From the NCBI GenBank assembly GCA_902587545.1, contig CACILL010000001.1, forward strand, positions 561,391-625,390: a stretch of DNA of 64,000 nt, written 5' to 3'. The position numbers were made by a program, and so were the translations under genes. The DNA is from an uncultured SAR86 cluster bacterium. Lineage in GTDB: Bacteria > Pseudomonadota > Gammaproteobacteria > Magnimaribacterales > AG-339-G14. Below are positions 35,597 to 46,171 of this stretch, piece after piece. The notes under the pieces were generated by a model. The model was given only the letters and a program-made list of their open reading frames with translations. It searched no databases and was not told the DNA's origin. Position 1 is the first letter of the stretch, and each line of letters begins with the position of its first letter.

Positions 35597-36223
35597 ATGA
35601 TAAAAAGATTGGGTATCTTTGGCGGAGCGTTTGATCCAGTTCATAAAGGTCACACGCAATCTCTAAAATACATCAGCGATCTTAAAATTATTGACGAAAT
35701 CCAAGTTATTCCAAACTATGCGTCGCCGCATAACAAGGAAATTCAAACTGACGAGAAGCATCGTTTAAAAATGCTGGAAATTGCCTTTAAAGAGATAAAA
35801 AATATTAAGCTAAATAATATTGAATTAAAAAATAAAACCAAATCCTATACTTACGAAACACTTAAACACTTGAAAAAGATTTATCCTGAACAACATCTAT
35901 CTCTAATTATAGGTTTGGATTCTTTACATAGCTTTACGACTTGGAAAAATTGGGAAAACATTTTGTCTTTGTGTTCGCTTTTAGTCTTGGAAAGAAAATT
36001 GAATGATAGTTTGGAACTTAATAAGCAGTTAAAAAGTAAAATATCAACTAACTATGATGATTTTTTCTCTGGTCATGGAAAAATCCTAATTTTAAAAAAC
36101 GACTTGATAAACATATCCTCAACAGACGTTAGACATAAAATCAAGAACAATGAAAACCTAACAGACTTGGTTGATGATCAAGTATTGGAATACATCTCAA
36201 AAAAATCTCTCTATAAAATTTAA
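35597..36223 (+). CDS. nadD: Nicotinate-nucleotide adenylyltransferase
   Basis: GIFGGAFDPVHKGH motif. The track start is TTG 35594; the ATG one codon later is equally possible. Confidence 0.9.
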   Translation: MIKRLGIFGGAFDPVHKGHTQSLKYISDLKIIDEIQVIPNYASPHNKEIQTDEKHRLKMLEIAFKEIKNIKLNNIELKNKTKSYTYETLKHLKKIYPEQHLSLIIGLDSLHSFTTWKNWENILSLCSLLVLERKLNDSLELNKQLKSKISTNYDDFFSGHGKILILKNDLINISSTDVRHKIKNNENLTDLVDDQVLEYISKKSLYKI

Positions 36224-36550
36224 ATGCCCAAAAAATCAAAAAAAATTATTCAAAATAGTTTAGAGGAGATAAAAGCACAAAATACAATATTTTTAGATCT
36301 ATCAAAATTAAACAGTTTTACAGATTTTTTAGTCATAACATCAGGGACTTCTTCCCGTCACATGTCGGCTATAAAAGATAAATTATTAGAAGACTTAAAA
36401 AATAATAAGATATCAATCAGTGGGGTTGAGGGCCAAAATTCCAGTGAATGGATCCTATTGGATTTGGGAGACTTTGTAATAAACATTATGTCTAAGGACT
36501 CAAGAGCATTGTATGATTTGGAAAGTCTTTGGGATCCAGCTTTGAATTGA
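36224..36550 (+). CDS. rsfS: Ribosome silencing factor
   Basis: 108 aa RsfS/YbeB family (DFLVITSGTSSRHMSAI, WILLDLGDFVINIM). Conserved position after nadD. Confidence 0.85.
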   Translation: MPKKSKKIIQNSLEEIKAQNTIFLDLSKLNSFTDFLVITSGTSSRHMSAIKDKLLEDLKNNKISISGVEGQNSSEWILLDLGDFVINIMSKDSRALYDLESLWDPALN

Positions 36551-36551
36551 A

Positions 36552-38378
36552 ATGAATAATTTTTCTAAAGAAAGATTCAAAACAGGAGAAGAATATTCTA
36601 GGGCTTTATTTTTTTTATCACCTTTTATTCTTCTTTTTTCAATATCACTTTTTCAAGTTTTAAACTTAACTTTATTTCAGGGAGATAAATATCAAACAAT
36701 AGCTGAGTCAAATAGGATTTATCAAAAACCCATTAGTCCTGTAAGAGGCTTCATCTATGATAGAAATGGGACTTTATTAGCAGAGAATATTGTCCAGCGA
36801 GATCTTTATGTCACTCCAGCCTACATTGAAGATTCTGCTGAAACCATTTTAAAGTTGTCTAATTTATTAGATGTGCCTTATGAACTTTTGGACGAAAACT
36901 TCTCAAGGGGTGTAAAAAAAGTAAAGAAATTTGACTCCTTTCCTTTGGTGAAGGCTCTTAATGAAGAACAGATTGCTAAAGCCAAAGTAAACCTAGATTC
37001 AATTTCTGGTATCGAAGTAAAAGCTACTCTTAAAAGGTATGTTCTCCATGAGGAGACCTTGGCTCATGTCTTAGGTTACGTCGGAGATATTTCGTCCGGT
37101 GATATCAGAAGAGACAAACTATTAGCTGAACTACAAAATACTCAAATTGGAAAAACAGGTATTGAAAAAGAGTTTGACTACGTTTTAAGAGGTAAACCTG
37201 GTATTCAAACTCAAGAAAGAGATGTTAAAGGAAAATTGGTAAGGATTTTAGATACTGAAGGAGCAGAAGACGGTAAAGATATTTACTTAACTATTGATCA
37301 AAAATTGCAAGAACATCTTTTTAAGCTTTTTGAAAACAGAAGAGGAGCACTAGTAGCCTTAGAGCCAAAAACCGGCTTGGTTAGAGCTTTGATTAGCTCT
37401 CCCTCATTCAATCCAAATATATTAAATTCAATTGTGGATACCGATGAGGTAGAAAGTTTATTTTCAAATAAAGAAAGCCCAATTTTTAATAGAGCCATTT
37501 CTGGGCAATATCCTCCTGCGTCAACCTTGAAGCCTTTCGTAGGTCTTGCTGCAATAGAAAACGAAGTAATCAGTTGGGATAAAATAATTAAAGACGATGG
37601 TGAATTTTATGTCGAGGGAGATCCAAGGCCTTATCGGGGCTGGAAAGAGAATGGACATGGCAGAGTAGACATGAGGAAAGCGATCGCAGAATCCTCTGAT
37701 GTATATTTTTATACCATTGCTTTTGATTTAACTTTAGCAGGGATAAGGCCAATGCTCGACAGTTTTGGATTTGGTAAAAAAACAGGTCTAACTGACTTTG
37801 AAGCCAATGGTCTTCTTCCCGATAAAAAATGGAAGTTAGGTTACATAGGAGATTTTTGGTTCAAAGGCGACACAATAAATTTAGGAATAGGGCAAGGTTA
37901 TATTTTAGCCACACCACTTCAATTAGCGATGGCTTATTCAGGTCTAGCAAACAAAGGAGTAATTTATCAGCCTCAATTTATACAGCCGGAAAACGAAAAA
38001 TCTTTTGAACCAAAAAAAATTGCTGAAATTCAACTTTCTGATAACAAAGCTTGGGAAAAAATGGAACAAGCTCTAGTTGACGTGATTTCTGCGAGAAATG
38101 GAACAGCCCATAAAGTTTATGATGCAAATTCAGTCGTTATTGCAGGTAAAACAGGTACTGCACAAATCAAAAGTATTCTTCCGGGTAAAGAATACGATGC
38201 AATTCGTGAAAATCCTGCATTACGAGATCACGCTCTTTTCGTTGGCTATGGGCCTGTAGAAGATCCAAAACTAGTTGTAGCGGTAATCATAGAAAACGGT
38301 GAATCAGGTAGCGAAGTTGCAGCCCCAATTGTTAAATCTGCAATAAATTTTTTCACAGGAGGATTTGATGCAGAATAA
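36552..38378 (+). CDS. mrdA: Penicillin-binding protein 2 (elongasome transpeptidase)
   Basis: 608 aa. SxxK (STLKPF), SxD (SSDVYF) and KTG (GKTGTAQ) motifs. Confidence 0.92.
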   Translation: MNNFSKERFKTGEEYSRALFFLSPFILLFSISLFQVLNLTLFQGDKYQTIAESNRIYQKPISPVRGFIYDRNGTLLAENIVQRDLYVTPAYIEDSAETILKLSNLLDVPYELLDENFSRGVKKVKKFDSFPLVKALNEEQIAKAKVNLDSISGIEVKATLKRYVLHEETLAHVLGYVGDISSGDIRRDKLLAELQNTQIGKTGIEKEFDYVLRGKPGIQTQERDVKGKLVRILDTEGAEDGKDIYLTIDQKLQEHLFKLFENRRGALVALEPKTGLVRALISSPSFNPNILNSIVDTDEVESLFSNKESPIFNRAISGQYPPASTLKPFVGLAAIENEVISWDKIIKDDGEFYVEGDPRPYRGWKENGHGRVDMRKAIAESSDVYFYTIAFDLTLAGIRPMLDSFGFGKKTGLTDFEANGLLPDKKWKLGYIGDFWFKGDTINLGIGQGYILATPLQLAMAYSGLANKGVIYQPQFIQPENEKSFEPKKIAEIQLSDNKAWEKMEQALVDVISARNGTAHKVYDANSVVIAGKTGTAQIKSILPGKEYDAIRENPALRDHALFVGYGPVEDPKLVVAVIIENGESGSEVAAPIVKSAINFFTGGFDAE

Positions 38379-39468
38379 GCCATTAAGTTTTTCAGTAGAT
38401 ATCAGATTGAATCAAAGAAGAAATTTATTAAATTTTGATTATTCTATTGTTCTTACGGTTTTTCTTTTGGGTCTTTTTGGGCTGGCAATGATTTACAGCG
38501 CCAGTGGATCCTTCACTTTGGTTTTAAGGCAAGCAATGTATTTTGTTCTTGGTGCAATTCTGATGATTACTGCAGCAATGTCTAATTTTAGAAAAATGGA
38601 ACCTATTTATTTGAATGCAGTCTGGATAGGCTTCTTTTTTTTGGTTTTAGTTTTAATTTTGCCTAATTCTGGAACTACGAATCGATGGATAAATTTGGGT
38701 TTCATTGGGTTTCAACCTTCTGAGCTAATGAGGTTTTTATTACCTATTTCTGCAGCAGCATATTTAACACGAAATCCACAGATAAAATTATCCGACTGGA
38801 TAATTGTCTTGGTTACAACATTGGTAGCCTTTATTTTAGTTTTCCTGCAGCCAGATTTTGGCACCTCAGCGATAGTTTTGCTCTCCGGAATAATGCCAAT
38901 AATTTTATCTGGTCTACCTTGGAGATTTATTATTTATAGTTTTTTAGGAGGTATTGGAACTCTTCCTTTCTTATGGATGAGCTTGATGGATTATCAAAAA
39001 GAGAGAATATATACCTTTATTAGTCCCGAAGCTGATGCTTTAGGTTCCGGATGGAATATTGCCCAATCAAAGATTGCCATCGGATCTGGGCAATTTTTTG
39101 GAAAGGGCTATATGGAAGGAAGTCAAAGCCAGCTGGATTTTATCCCCGAAAGCCATACCGATTTTATTTTTGCAGTAATTGTTGAGGAGTTTGGATTTTT
39201 AGGTGCTCTTGGACTTTTTCTCCTTTATGCTTTTTTAATTCATCGTCTCTTATACGTTGCTAAAAGCAGTAATTCTAAATTTGCAAAATTGGTTTCAGCC
39301 ACGCTTTCAATTATTTTAGCTGCTTACATAACATTAAACATTTCAATGGTAGTTGGCATCTTTCCTGTAGTAGGAATGCCTTTGCCATTCATAAGTCAAG
39401 GTGGAACGGCATTAGTGGTTAATATGATTACTATCGGTATAATTTTATCTTTAAGGAGAACGACTTGA
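38365..39468 (+). CDS. mrdB: SEDS peptidoglycan polymerase RodA
   Basis: 367 aa polytopic SEDS protein (QPSELMRF, PESHTDFIFAV). Overlaps mrdA by 14 nt. Confidence 0.92.
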   Translation: MMQNKPLSFSVDIRLNQRRNLLNFDYSIVLTVFLLGLFGLAMIYSASGSFTLVLRQAMYFVLGAILMITAAMSNFRKMEPIYLNAVWIGFFFLVLVLILPNSGTTNRWINLGFIGFQPSELMRFLLPISAAAYLTRNPQIKLSDWIIVLVTTLVAFILVFLQPDFGTSAIVLLSGIMPIILSGLPWRFIIYSFLGGIGTLPFLWMSLMDYQKERIYTFISPEADALGSGWNIAQSKIAIGSGQFFGKGYMEGSQSQLDFIPESHTDFIFAVIVEEFGFLGALGLFLLYAFLIHRLLYVAKSSNSKFAKLVSATLSIILAAYITLNISMVVGIFPVVGMPLPFISQGGTALVVNMITIGIILSLRRTT

Positions 39469-40415
39469 AAAAAATAAGTTTGCTTTTGCTTTTAGTTTTT
39501 TTTGTACCTCTAATCTATATGGATTATTCAAAAAGCTATGAAACATTGTCTTTCATAGATGAAATGGTTTCAAAACATAAATTTGAAAAATCTTATTTGG
39601 TAGAAATTTTCAAAAGTGCTGAAAAAAGAGAAAAAATAATCAATTCTATGAATAGACCCGCAGAAAAGAAATTTTCTTGGGTTCAATACAAAACCAGATT
39701 AATTTCGCCTATAAGAATAAACAATGGAGTAAGTTTTCTGCAGAGATTTTTACCTGAGTTTGAAAAAGCAGAAAAAGAATTTGGTGTTCCTAAAGAAATT
39801 ATTGCAGCAATCATCGGGATTGAATCCAGTTATGGTTCTATTACTGGCAGGGAAAGAGTAATAGATTCGTTGTCGACTCTTGCCTTTGATTATCCGAGAC
39901 GAAGCAAATTTTTTACTAAACAATTAGAGCATTTTCTCCTTCTTACTAGAGAAGAAAAACTTGATCCTTTGGTTATGAAAGGATCATATGCTGGAGCTAT
40001 GGGCTATGGCCAATTTATTCCAAGCTCTTATCGATCTTATGCAATTGATTTTGATGACGACGGAATAAGAAATATTGTTACAAACCCAATTGATGCAATT
40101 GGCAGCGTTGCAAATTATTTAAGTAAGCATGGCTGGGAAAGAAATGCCACTATAGCAGAAGCTCTTACAAAAAATGATGTGAACTCAAACTTCAAGACAT
40201 CACTATCATTAAAAGAGCCAGATGCTTTGGAACTGGCATCTAAGATCAATTTACCAAATAAAAAATACTTACAAATAAATTTTGAAGATAAAGAATTTTG
40301 GTTGGGCCATAAAAATTTATATGTCTTATCACGTTATAATAGAAGTTCTTTTTATGTGATGGCCGTCTTTCTTCTGAGCCAAGAAATTGACTATGCGTAT
40401 AGAGTAAAAATATGA
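39465..40415 (+). CDS. mltB: Lytic murein transglycosylase B family
   Basis: 316 aa. GIESSYG catalytic region and GAMGYGQFIPSSY motif. TTG start overlapping the rodA stop. Confidence 0.85.
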   Translation: MKKISLLLLLVFFVPLIYMDYSKSYETLSFIDEMVSKHKFEKSYLVEIFKSAEKREKIINSMNRPAEKKFSWVQYKTRLISPIRINNGVSFLQRFLPEFEKAEKEFGVPKEIIAAIIGIESSYGSITGRERVIDSLSTLAFDYPRRSKFFTKQLEHFLLLTREEKLDPLVMKGSYAGAMGYGQFIPSSYRSYAIDFDDDGIRNIVTNPIDAIGSVANYLSKHGWERNATIAEALTKNDVNSNFKTSLSLKEPDALELASKINLPNKKYLQINFEDKEFWLGHKNLYVLSRYNRSSFYVMAVFLLSQEIDYAYRVKI

Positions 40416-41563
40416 AAAAAATTTTCTTGATAAGTTTTATATTCTCAGCCGTAGCATTCTCGCAAACTTTAATTCCCAAATTACCGCAAATCACTGCCTC
40501 TAGTTTTTTACTTATTGATGCTGAAACAAATAAAATAATTGCTCAACAAAACCCAGAAGCCTCAACAGGGTTGGCAAGCATCACAAAAATAATGACAAGT
40601 TACATAGTAGCTGACTATTTGAAGCAAGGATTTTTAAACATTAAAGACTCCACAACAGTAAGTGAAAAATGTTGGCGCATGGAAGGCTCGAGAATGTTCA
40701 TCCAAGAAGGCAAAAAGGTTTTGATAGAAGATTTGATGCGCGGCATGATTATTCAATCCGGAAATGATGCAGCTTGTGCCTTAGCTGAACATATTGCAGG
40801 AACTCAAGAAGATTTTGCGAGTCTCATGAATGACTATGCTCAAAAAATGGAGTTAAAAAATACGAACTTTACCAATCCAACGGGCTTACCAAATGTTAAT
40901 CACTATTCAACTGCTGAAGATATAGCAAAATTAAGTATAGTTTTAATAAACGACTTTCCTGATGAATATGCAATCTACAGCGAGAAAGAATTTACTTACA
41001 ACGATATAAGGCAGTTAAATAGAAATAGCTTACTCTGGCAAGATGACTCAATAGATGGTATCAAGACAGGTCATACCAGAGCGTCAGGATATTGCTTGGT
41101 TGCCTCGTCCAAAAGAGCAGATATGAGGCTAATTTCGATAGTGCTTAATAGTGCCTCCGAAAAATCGAGACTTCAAGATACTAGAAGATTATTGGATTAT
41201 GGTTTTAAGTATTATCAAACTAAAAAAATAATCGCTAAATACCAACCAATATCTATAGTTGATGTCTGGGGCGGAATAGAAGATAAATTGGAACTTGGTC
41301 CTGAGAAGGATATCTTCGTTACATTAACCAAACCTACTTTTGATAGGCTTACAATTGAGGCATCAAAAAATTTAGGTGTAAAAGCACCTGTTAGGAAGGA
41401 TTCAGTTATAGACAGATTAGATATCAAAGTTGATGGAGAAACCATTCAATCTGTAGATTTGGTTGCAGTAAATAATGTACAAAGAAAAGGGATTGTCATC
41501 GCAACTTTAGAGTCTTTGATGTTCTACGTTTACAGTTTCTTCATGCAAGATGAAATAAATTAA
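40412..41563 (+). CDS. dacA: D-alanyl-D-alanine carboxypeptidase (PBP5/6 type)
   Basis: 383 aa. Signal peptide, then SxxK (SITKIM), SxN (SGND) and KTG (KTGHT) motifs. Confidence 0.86.
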   Translation: MKKIFLISFIFSAVAFSQTLIPKLPQITASSFLLIDAETNKIIAQQNPEASTGLASITKIMTSYIVADYLKQGFLNIKDSTTVSEKCWRMEGSRMFIQEGKKVLIEDLMRGMIIQSGNDAACALAEHIAGTQEDFASLMNDYAQKMELKNTNFTNPTGLPNVNHYSTAEDIAKLSIVLINDFPDEYAIYSEKEFTYNDIRQLNRNSLLWQDDSIDGIKTGHTRASGYCLVASSKRADMRLISIVLNSASEKSRLQDTRRLLDYGFKYYQTKKIIAKYQPISIVDVWGGIEDKLELGPEKDIFVTLTKPTFDRLTIEASKNLGVKAPVRKDSVIDRLDIKVDGETIQSVDLVAVNNVQRKGIVIATLESLMFYVYSFFMQDEIN

Positions 41564-42396
41564 TGTCAATTTGTTTTTTAAACGACAAATATCTAGATCT
41601 TCAAGAAGCAAAAATCTCACCACTGGATAGAGGTTTTCTTTTTGGAGATGCAATTTACGAAGTAATTATTGCAGTAAATAAAAAACCCTTTGAACTTGGC
41701 GCTCATCTAACTAGATTAAAAAAAAATATATCTTCCTTAAAGTATTCATTATCAGATCAATTTGACCTAGAAGAAACAATTTTAGAAGTAATTTCCAGAA
41801 ATGAATTTTTGAATCAGGTAATTTACGTCCAAATCTCTAGAGGTACAGACATTGTAAGAGACCATATTCCAAGTAATGATTTATCACCAACCATATTTGT
41901 ATCTTCTCATGAACTGAAAACAGACTTTTCTCCGAGTTCTGGCGAGAAGGCAATTTTATTAGAAGATTTTAGATGGAGAAAAAGTCAGATAAAGGCTACT
42001 TCTTTACTAGCCAATGTTTTATATAGATCTGAGGCTAAAAATCAGGAAGTTTTTGAGACTATTCTTTTTGAAAACGGATTCATTACTGAGGGTGCGGTAA
42101 GTAACGTTTTTTGTTGTATCGATAACAAAATCTTAACGCCGCCTTTAACTGAAAATATTCTTCCTGGAGTAACAAGAAAAGTAATCTTAGAGTTGATTCA
42201 AGATACCTCTTTTGAATACGAAGAGACAAAAATTACTGTGGATTCTTTTTTATCAGCAGAAGAGATTTGGGTTACGAACTCAACCAAAGGAGTCATTCCA
42301 ATCATTGAACTTGATGGTAAAAAAATAGGATCCGGATTACCTGGTGAAAAATATCTTCAAATTTCTAAAGCTTTCATAAGAAAACTTTCGGGTTAG
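41563..42396 (+). CDS. Class IV (fold type IV) aminotransferase, D-amino-acid aminotransferase-like
   Basis: 277 aa. DRGFLFGDAIYEV N-terminal motif and the PGVTR region. I cannot separate Dat, PabC and IlvE subtypes by eye. Confidence 0.72.
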   Translation: MSICFLNDKYLDLQEAKISPLDRGFLFGDAIYEVIIAVNKKPFELGAHLTRLKKNISSLKYSLSDQFDLEETILEVISRNEFLNQVIYVQISRGTDIVRDHIPSNDLSPTIFVSSHELKTDFSPSSGEKAILLEDFRWRKSQIKATSLLANVLYRSEAKNQEVFETILFENGFITEGAVSNVFCCIDNKILTPPLTENILPGVTRKVILELIQDTSFEYEETKITVDSFLSAEEIWVTNSTKGVIPIIELDGKKIGSGLPGEKYLQISKAFIRKLSG

Positions 42397-43304
42397 ATAT
42401 ACCCAAAATTTACAATAATTTTTCTTAATTCAGTCCAGAATTCCGCCTTTCCTGTTTTAAAGTCTTTATCAAGATCTGCGATTTTTTTTCTTAAACTTTT
42501 AATTTGTGGCGGTGATATCTTCTTTGCTTTTATTTTAAGCTTGGATAGGTAATCTCTTGGAACACCTTTTAGAAAAAAATTTGGATTCTTTTTGTATTGC
42601 TCTAATCGATCTAGCTGTTGGTGAATGACAGCGATTATGCCTGGCTCATTTTCTTTATTTAATTTCATAATTTCCAAAATTTCTAAAGATTTTGAAACTT
42701 GGTTAGACAAACAACTATTTATTAAGCTAAAGACATGATATTCAGAGCTGTCTTTTATAAATTTATAATCTGTATGATTTTGATCCAAACATTTTAAAAA
42801 TTTTAGCTCTTGATAAGCAGACAATAAATTTTCTTCATTTCTGGACGCAATTAAATTAGCACCTTCTTCGCTCAAAAGTAAATCCATATTTTTCGCCTCG
42901 TCTTTGATCCAACCTTTGAATTGATTTGAATAGACCGGCTGAATTTCAGAGATCTCAAGGTATTTTGATATTTTTTTAAACCAAGTAGATGTTTTGATTT
43001 TTTTATTCAATGAAGAAATAACTACTATACGATCTGAGTTATCGTCTCCTAATAAGCTCAAAAAAAAATCTAAATCATCTTTAAGGATACTTTTTTCTTG
43101 AAGGCGCAAATCTATTATTTCTTTTTCACTGAATAAACTACCCTGTTGATTTTCAATATTTATTTCTTCTTTAATTCCTTTTTTGTAAAAGAAAATCTTT
43201 CTACTTAGGAAGCCTTCTTTTTTAAGATTAGAAATGAATTTGTCTCTCAAATTAGAGTTCAGTAACTCGTCATTGCTTAAAATTAATTTATGCTGATTCC
43301 GCAT
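42393..43304 (-). CDS. holA: DNA polymerase III delta subunit
   Basis: 303 aa. Conserved leuS-lptE-holA position. The segment ENLLSAYQELKFLKCL resembles E. coli HolA GNLLALAQALERLSLL. Confidence 0.75.
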   Translation of the reverse strand: MRNQHKLILSNDELLNSNLRDKFISNLKKEGFLSRKIFFYKKGIKEEINIENQQGSLFSEKEIIDLRLQEKSILKDDLDFFLSLLGDDNSDRIVVISSLNKKIKTSTWFKKISKYLEISEIQPVYSNQFKGWIKDEAKNMDLLLSEEGANLIASRNEENLLSAYQELKFLKCLDQNHTDYKFIKDSSEYHVFSLINSCLSNQVSKSLEILEIMKLNKENEPGIIAVIHQQLDRLEQYKKNPNFFLKGVPRDYLSKLKIKAKKISPPQIKSLRKKIADLDKDFKTGKAEFWTELRKIIVNFGYI

Positions 43305-43818
43305 TGCTTTTTTCTGAAAAGAAAATCAATAACTCATTGACCGCCTCACTGAAGAAATCCAGTTTAATTTCATCTGCTTGTTTTTCATTTGAAAGAATAC
43401 TTTCGGTGTCGTAAGAAAAATCTTCTGATGTAAAGATTGGAATCTCATGGATGGTATTGGTATTTTTTTCAAAAATACTTAACTTAACTTGATAATCAAG
43501 ACTCACTACAGCAGGAAAAAAATTTTCATCTGTTGCTTCTAGAAATTTACCCAGTCTATGGTTACTGATTTCAATTACAAAATCTGCAGCATCTTTAGTT
43601 TCTGCTAGATTCGCATTCATTAAGAAAAAATTCTTTTTTAATTCTTGCACAAGAGAGAAGTTAAGAGGATTTTTTTGAAACTCAAAAAAAATCGTAATCT
43701 TTTTTTCAGAATAATTTAGTGGTTTAAAACCACATGCAGCAATAAAAAGAATTAATAAGGAATTTAAGAAGATTCTTTTTAATTCAAATGACAAAATTGA
43801 CGAGTTTTTTTGGAACAT
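43288..43818 (-). CDS. lptE: LPS-assembly lipoprotein LptE
   Basis: 176 aa. Lipobox LFIAAC followed by GFKP (E. coli has AGCGWHL). Position between leuS and holA. The ATG overlaps leuS by 35 nt, and a downstream TTG start is possible. Confidence 0.7.
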   Translation of the reverse strand: MFQKNSSILSFELKRIFLNSLLILFIAACGFKPLNYSEKKITIFFEFQKNPLNFSLVQELKKNFFLMNANLAETKDAADFVIEISNHRLGKFLEATDENFFPAVVSLDYQVKLSIFEKNTNTIHEIPIFTSEDFSYDTESILSNEKQADEIKLDFFSEAVNELLIFFSEKSNAESA

Positions 43819-46171
43819 ATATTGTTTTTTTTATATCTTCTTTTTCTAAATATTTTTTTATATTCTCTAATTCTTTACTTTCTTTAATAATTGTTTCTTC
43901 ACTGCTTAAAATATCCACTAGGATCTTTCCTCTTAATTTACCATTAATCTGAATTGCAATCGTCATTTCGTTTCCTTCTAATTGATTTGCATCATAGGCA
44001 GGCCAAGTTTCATTATGAATGGGAGATTTTTTATCTAATGCTTCCCATAATTCATGGCAGACATGAGGAATGATTGGCGAGAGCATAATGACACTTTTTT
44101 CAATTATTTCCTTAAAAACCTCATTACTTTCTTTGGAAACGGAACTTTTCAACATTGCTTTGGGAATGGCATTTAATAATTCCATAATTGCTGCAATTGC
44201 GGTATTGAATTGATTTTTTTCTCCAAAATCTTCAGAAACTTTTTTGATGGTTTGATTCAATTTAATTTGGATATCATTTAAATCCAATGATTGCACTTCG
44301 TTGTCTACAGTCTGGTTGAATAAGGTTTGTGATAATGACCAAAGCCTTTTTATGAACTTATGAGAACCATTAACCCCGGAATCAGACCATTCCAAAGATT
44401 GCTCGGGAGGCGCAGCAAACATGGAAAACAGTCTCACGGTATCAGCACCGTATTTCTCAATCAACTCATTAGGATTAACAGTATTTCCCTTAGATTTTGA
44501 CATCTTCGATCCGTCTTTCAGAACCATGCCTTGACATAGCAATTTTTTAAATGGCTCTCTTACACTAATCAAAGATAAGTCATTCATGGCTTTACAAAAA
44601 AAACGCGAATACAAAAGGTGAAGAATTGCGTGCTCTATTCCACCTATATATTGATCTACTGGCATCCAATAATCTGCTTCAGCATCAAGTATTGATTCTG
44701 AAGAGTTATAAGATGCAAATCTTGCAAAATACCAGGATGATTCAACAAAAGTATCAAAAGTATCTTTCTCTTTGAAATAATCTATTCCATTCAATTCGAT
44801 CTTTTCCTTAGCAATCTCTTCATGACTTAAATTGCTGAATGGTAAAACTTCATTTTCGTTATCTGATATGAACATGGGTATCGGAGCTCCCCAAGCTCTT
44901 TGTCTTGAAACTCCCCAATTTCTTAAACGAAAATTGATTTTTTCTGTCCCTTTGAAACCAAAGTTATTTTCATCGGTTAATAGCGAAAAAGCTTCTTCAA
45001 AAGAAAGTCCATTCAATTTGTCAGAATTAATTAAAATTCCTTTACCTTCTATGGCACCTTCTGTTTTGTCTAATTCTCCTCTACCATCGTCAATGACCTG
45101 AATGATTTCAATCTGTTCAGCTTGAGCGAACTCAAAATCTCTTTGGTCATGGCCAGGGACCCCCATTAAAGCCCCCGAACCATAATCAGCCAAAACGAAG
45201 TTTGCCACCCAAATATCTATCTCTTTATTTGAAATTGGATGAATTGCTTTAGTCTTTAATTTATAACCTTTTTTTTCTTGTTTTGATAAATCTGCTTCTG
45301 CCTGTTTTACATTTGAGTTGTTTTTTATCCACTCTGTTAATTCGTGATTATTTTCTGCTTCTCTTTCTACAATTTCATGATTGAAAGACAACGCCATGAA
45401 AGTAACTCCCATGATGGTATCTGGCCTCGTAGTAAATACTTCAATAATATCTTCAGAATCAGAAATAAATTGAAACAAAACTCCTTTGGATTTCCCTATC
45501 CAATTTTTTTGCATTGTCTTGACCTGTTCAGGCCAACCGTCTAAAAGATCAAGATCATTCAAAAGCTCGTCAGCGTAATCGGTGATTTTAAAAGACCACT
45601 GATTGATAATTTTTTTTTCAACTTCAGCGCCGGATCGCCAACCTTTACCGTCAATTACTTGTTCATTTGCGAGTACTGTTTTATCGACAGGATCCCAATT
45701 AACTTCTGCTTTTTCTCTAATCACCAAACCTTTTTCGTAAAGCTTACAAAATAACCATTGCTCCCATTTGTAGTAATCTTCACTGCACGTTTTTAATTCC
45801 CTCCGCCAGTCATAAGCAAAGCCAAGTGATTTAAGTTGGAGCTTCATTTCTTGGATATTTTTCTCTGTCCAATCTTTGGGTGAAACTTTGTTTTGGATAG
45901 CAGCGTTCTCTGCAGGTAATCCAAAGGCATCCCAGCCCATTGGTTGCAAGACATTTTTTCCTTTGAGTCTTTGATATCTTGAAATCACATCACCGATCGT
46001 ATAGTTTCTAACATGTCCCATATGACACTGTCCTGAGGGATAGGGAAACATACTCAGGCAATAAAATTTTTCTTTTTTGGGGTCGGGCTCAACCTCAAAA
46101 GATTTATTTTCTTCCCAGTACTTTTGGGCTTTTTTTTCGATTAATTGAAAGTTATATTCAGTTTCTGACAT
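43784..46171 (-). CDS. leuS: Leucyl-tRNA synthetase
   Basis: 795 aa. HIGH (HMGHVRNY), CP1 editing domain (TTRPDTIMG) and KMSKSK motifs. Confidence 0.96.
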   Translation of the reverse strand: MSETEYNFQLIEKKAQKYWEENKSFEVEPDPKKEKFYCLSMFPYPSGQCHMGHVRNYTIGDVISRYQRLKGKNVLQPMGWDAFGLPAENAAIQNKVSPKDWTEKNIQEMKLQLKSLGFAYDWRRELKTCSEDYYKWEQWLFCKLYEKGLVIREKAEVNWDPVDKTVLANEQVIDGKGWRSGAEVEKKIINQWSFKITDYADELLNDLDLLDGWPEQVKTMQKNWIGKSKGVLFQFISDSEDIIEVFTTRPDTIMGVTFMALSFNHEIVEREAENNHELTEWIKNNSNVKQAEADLSKQEKKGYKLKTKAIHPISNKEIDIWVANFVLADYGSGALMGVPGHDQRDFEFAQAEQIEIIQVIDDGRGELDKTEGAIEGKGILINSDKLNGLSFEEAFSLLTDENNFGFKGTEKINFRLRNWGVSRQRAWGAPIPMFISDNENEVLPFSNLSHEEIAKEKIELNGIDYFKEKDTFDTFVESSWYFARFASYNSSESILDAEADYWMPVDQYIGGIEHAILHLLYSRFFCKAMNDLSLISVREPFKKLLCQGMVLKDGSKMSKSKGNTVNPNELIEKYGADTVRLFSMFAAPPEQSLEWSDSGVNGSHKFIKRLWSLSQTLFNQTVDNEVQSLDLNDIQIKLNQTIKKVSEDFGEKNQFNTAIAAIMELLNAIPKAMLKSSVSKESNEVFKEIIEKSVIMLSPIIPHVCHELWEALDKKSPIHNETWPAYDANQLEGNEMTIAIQINGKLRGKILVDILSSEETIIKESKELENIKKYLEKEDIKKTIYVPKKLVNFVI

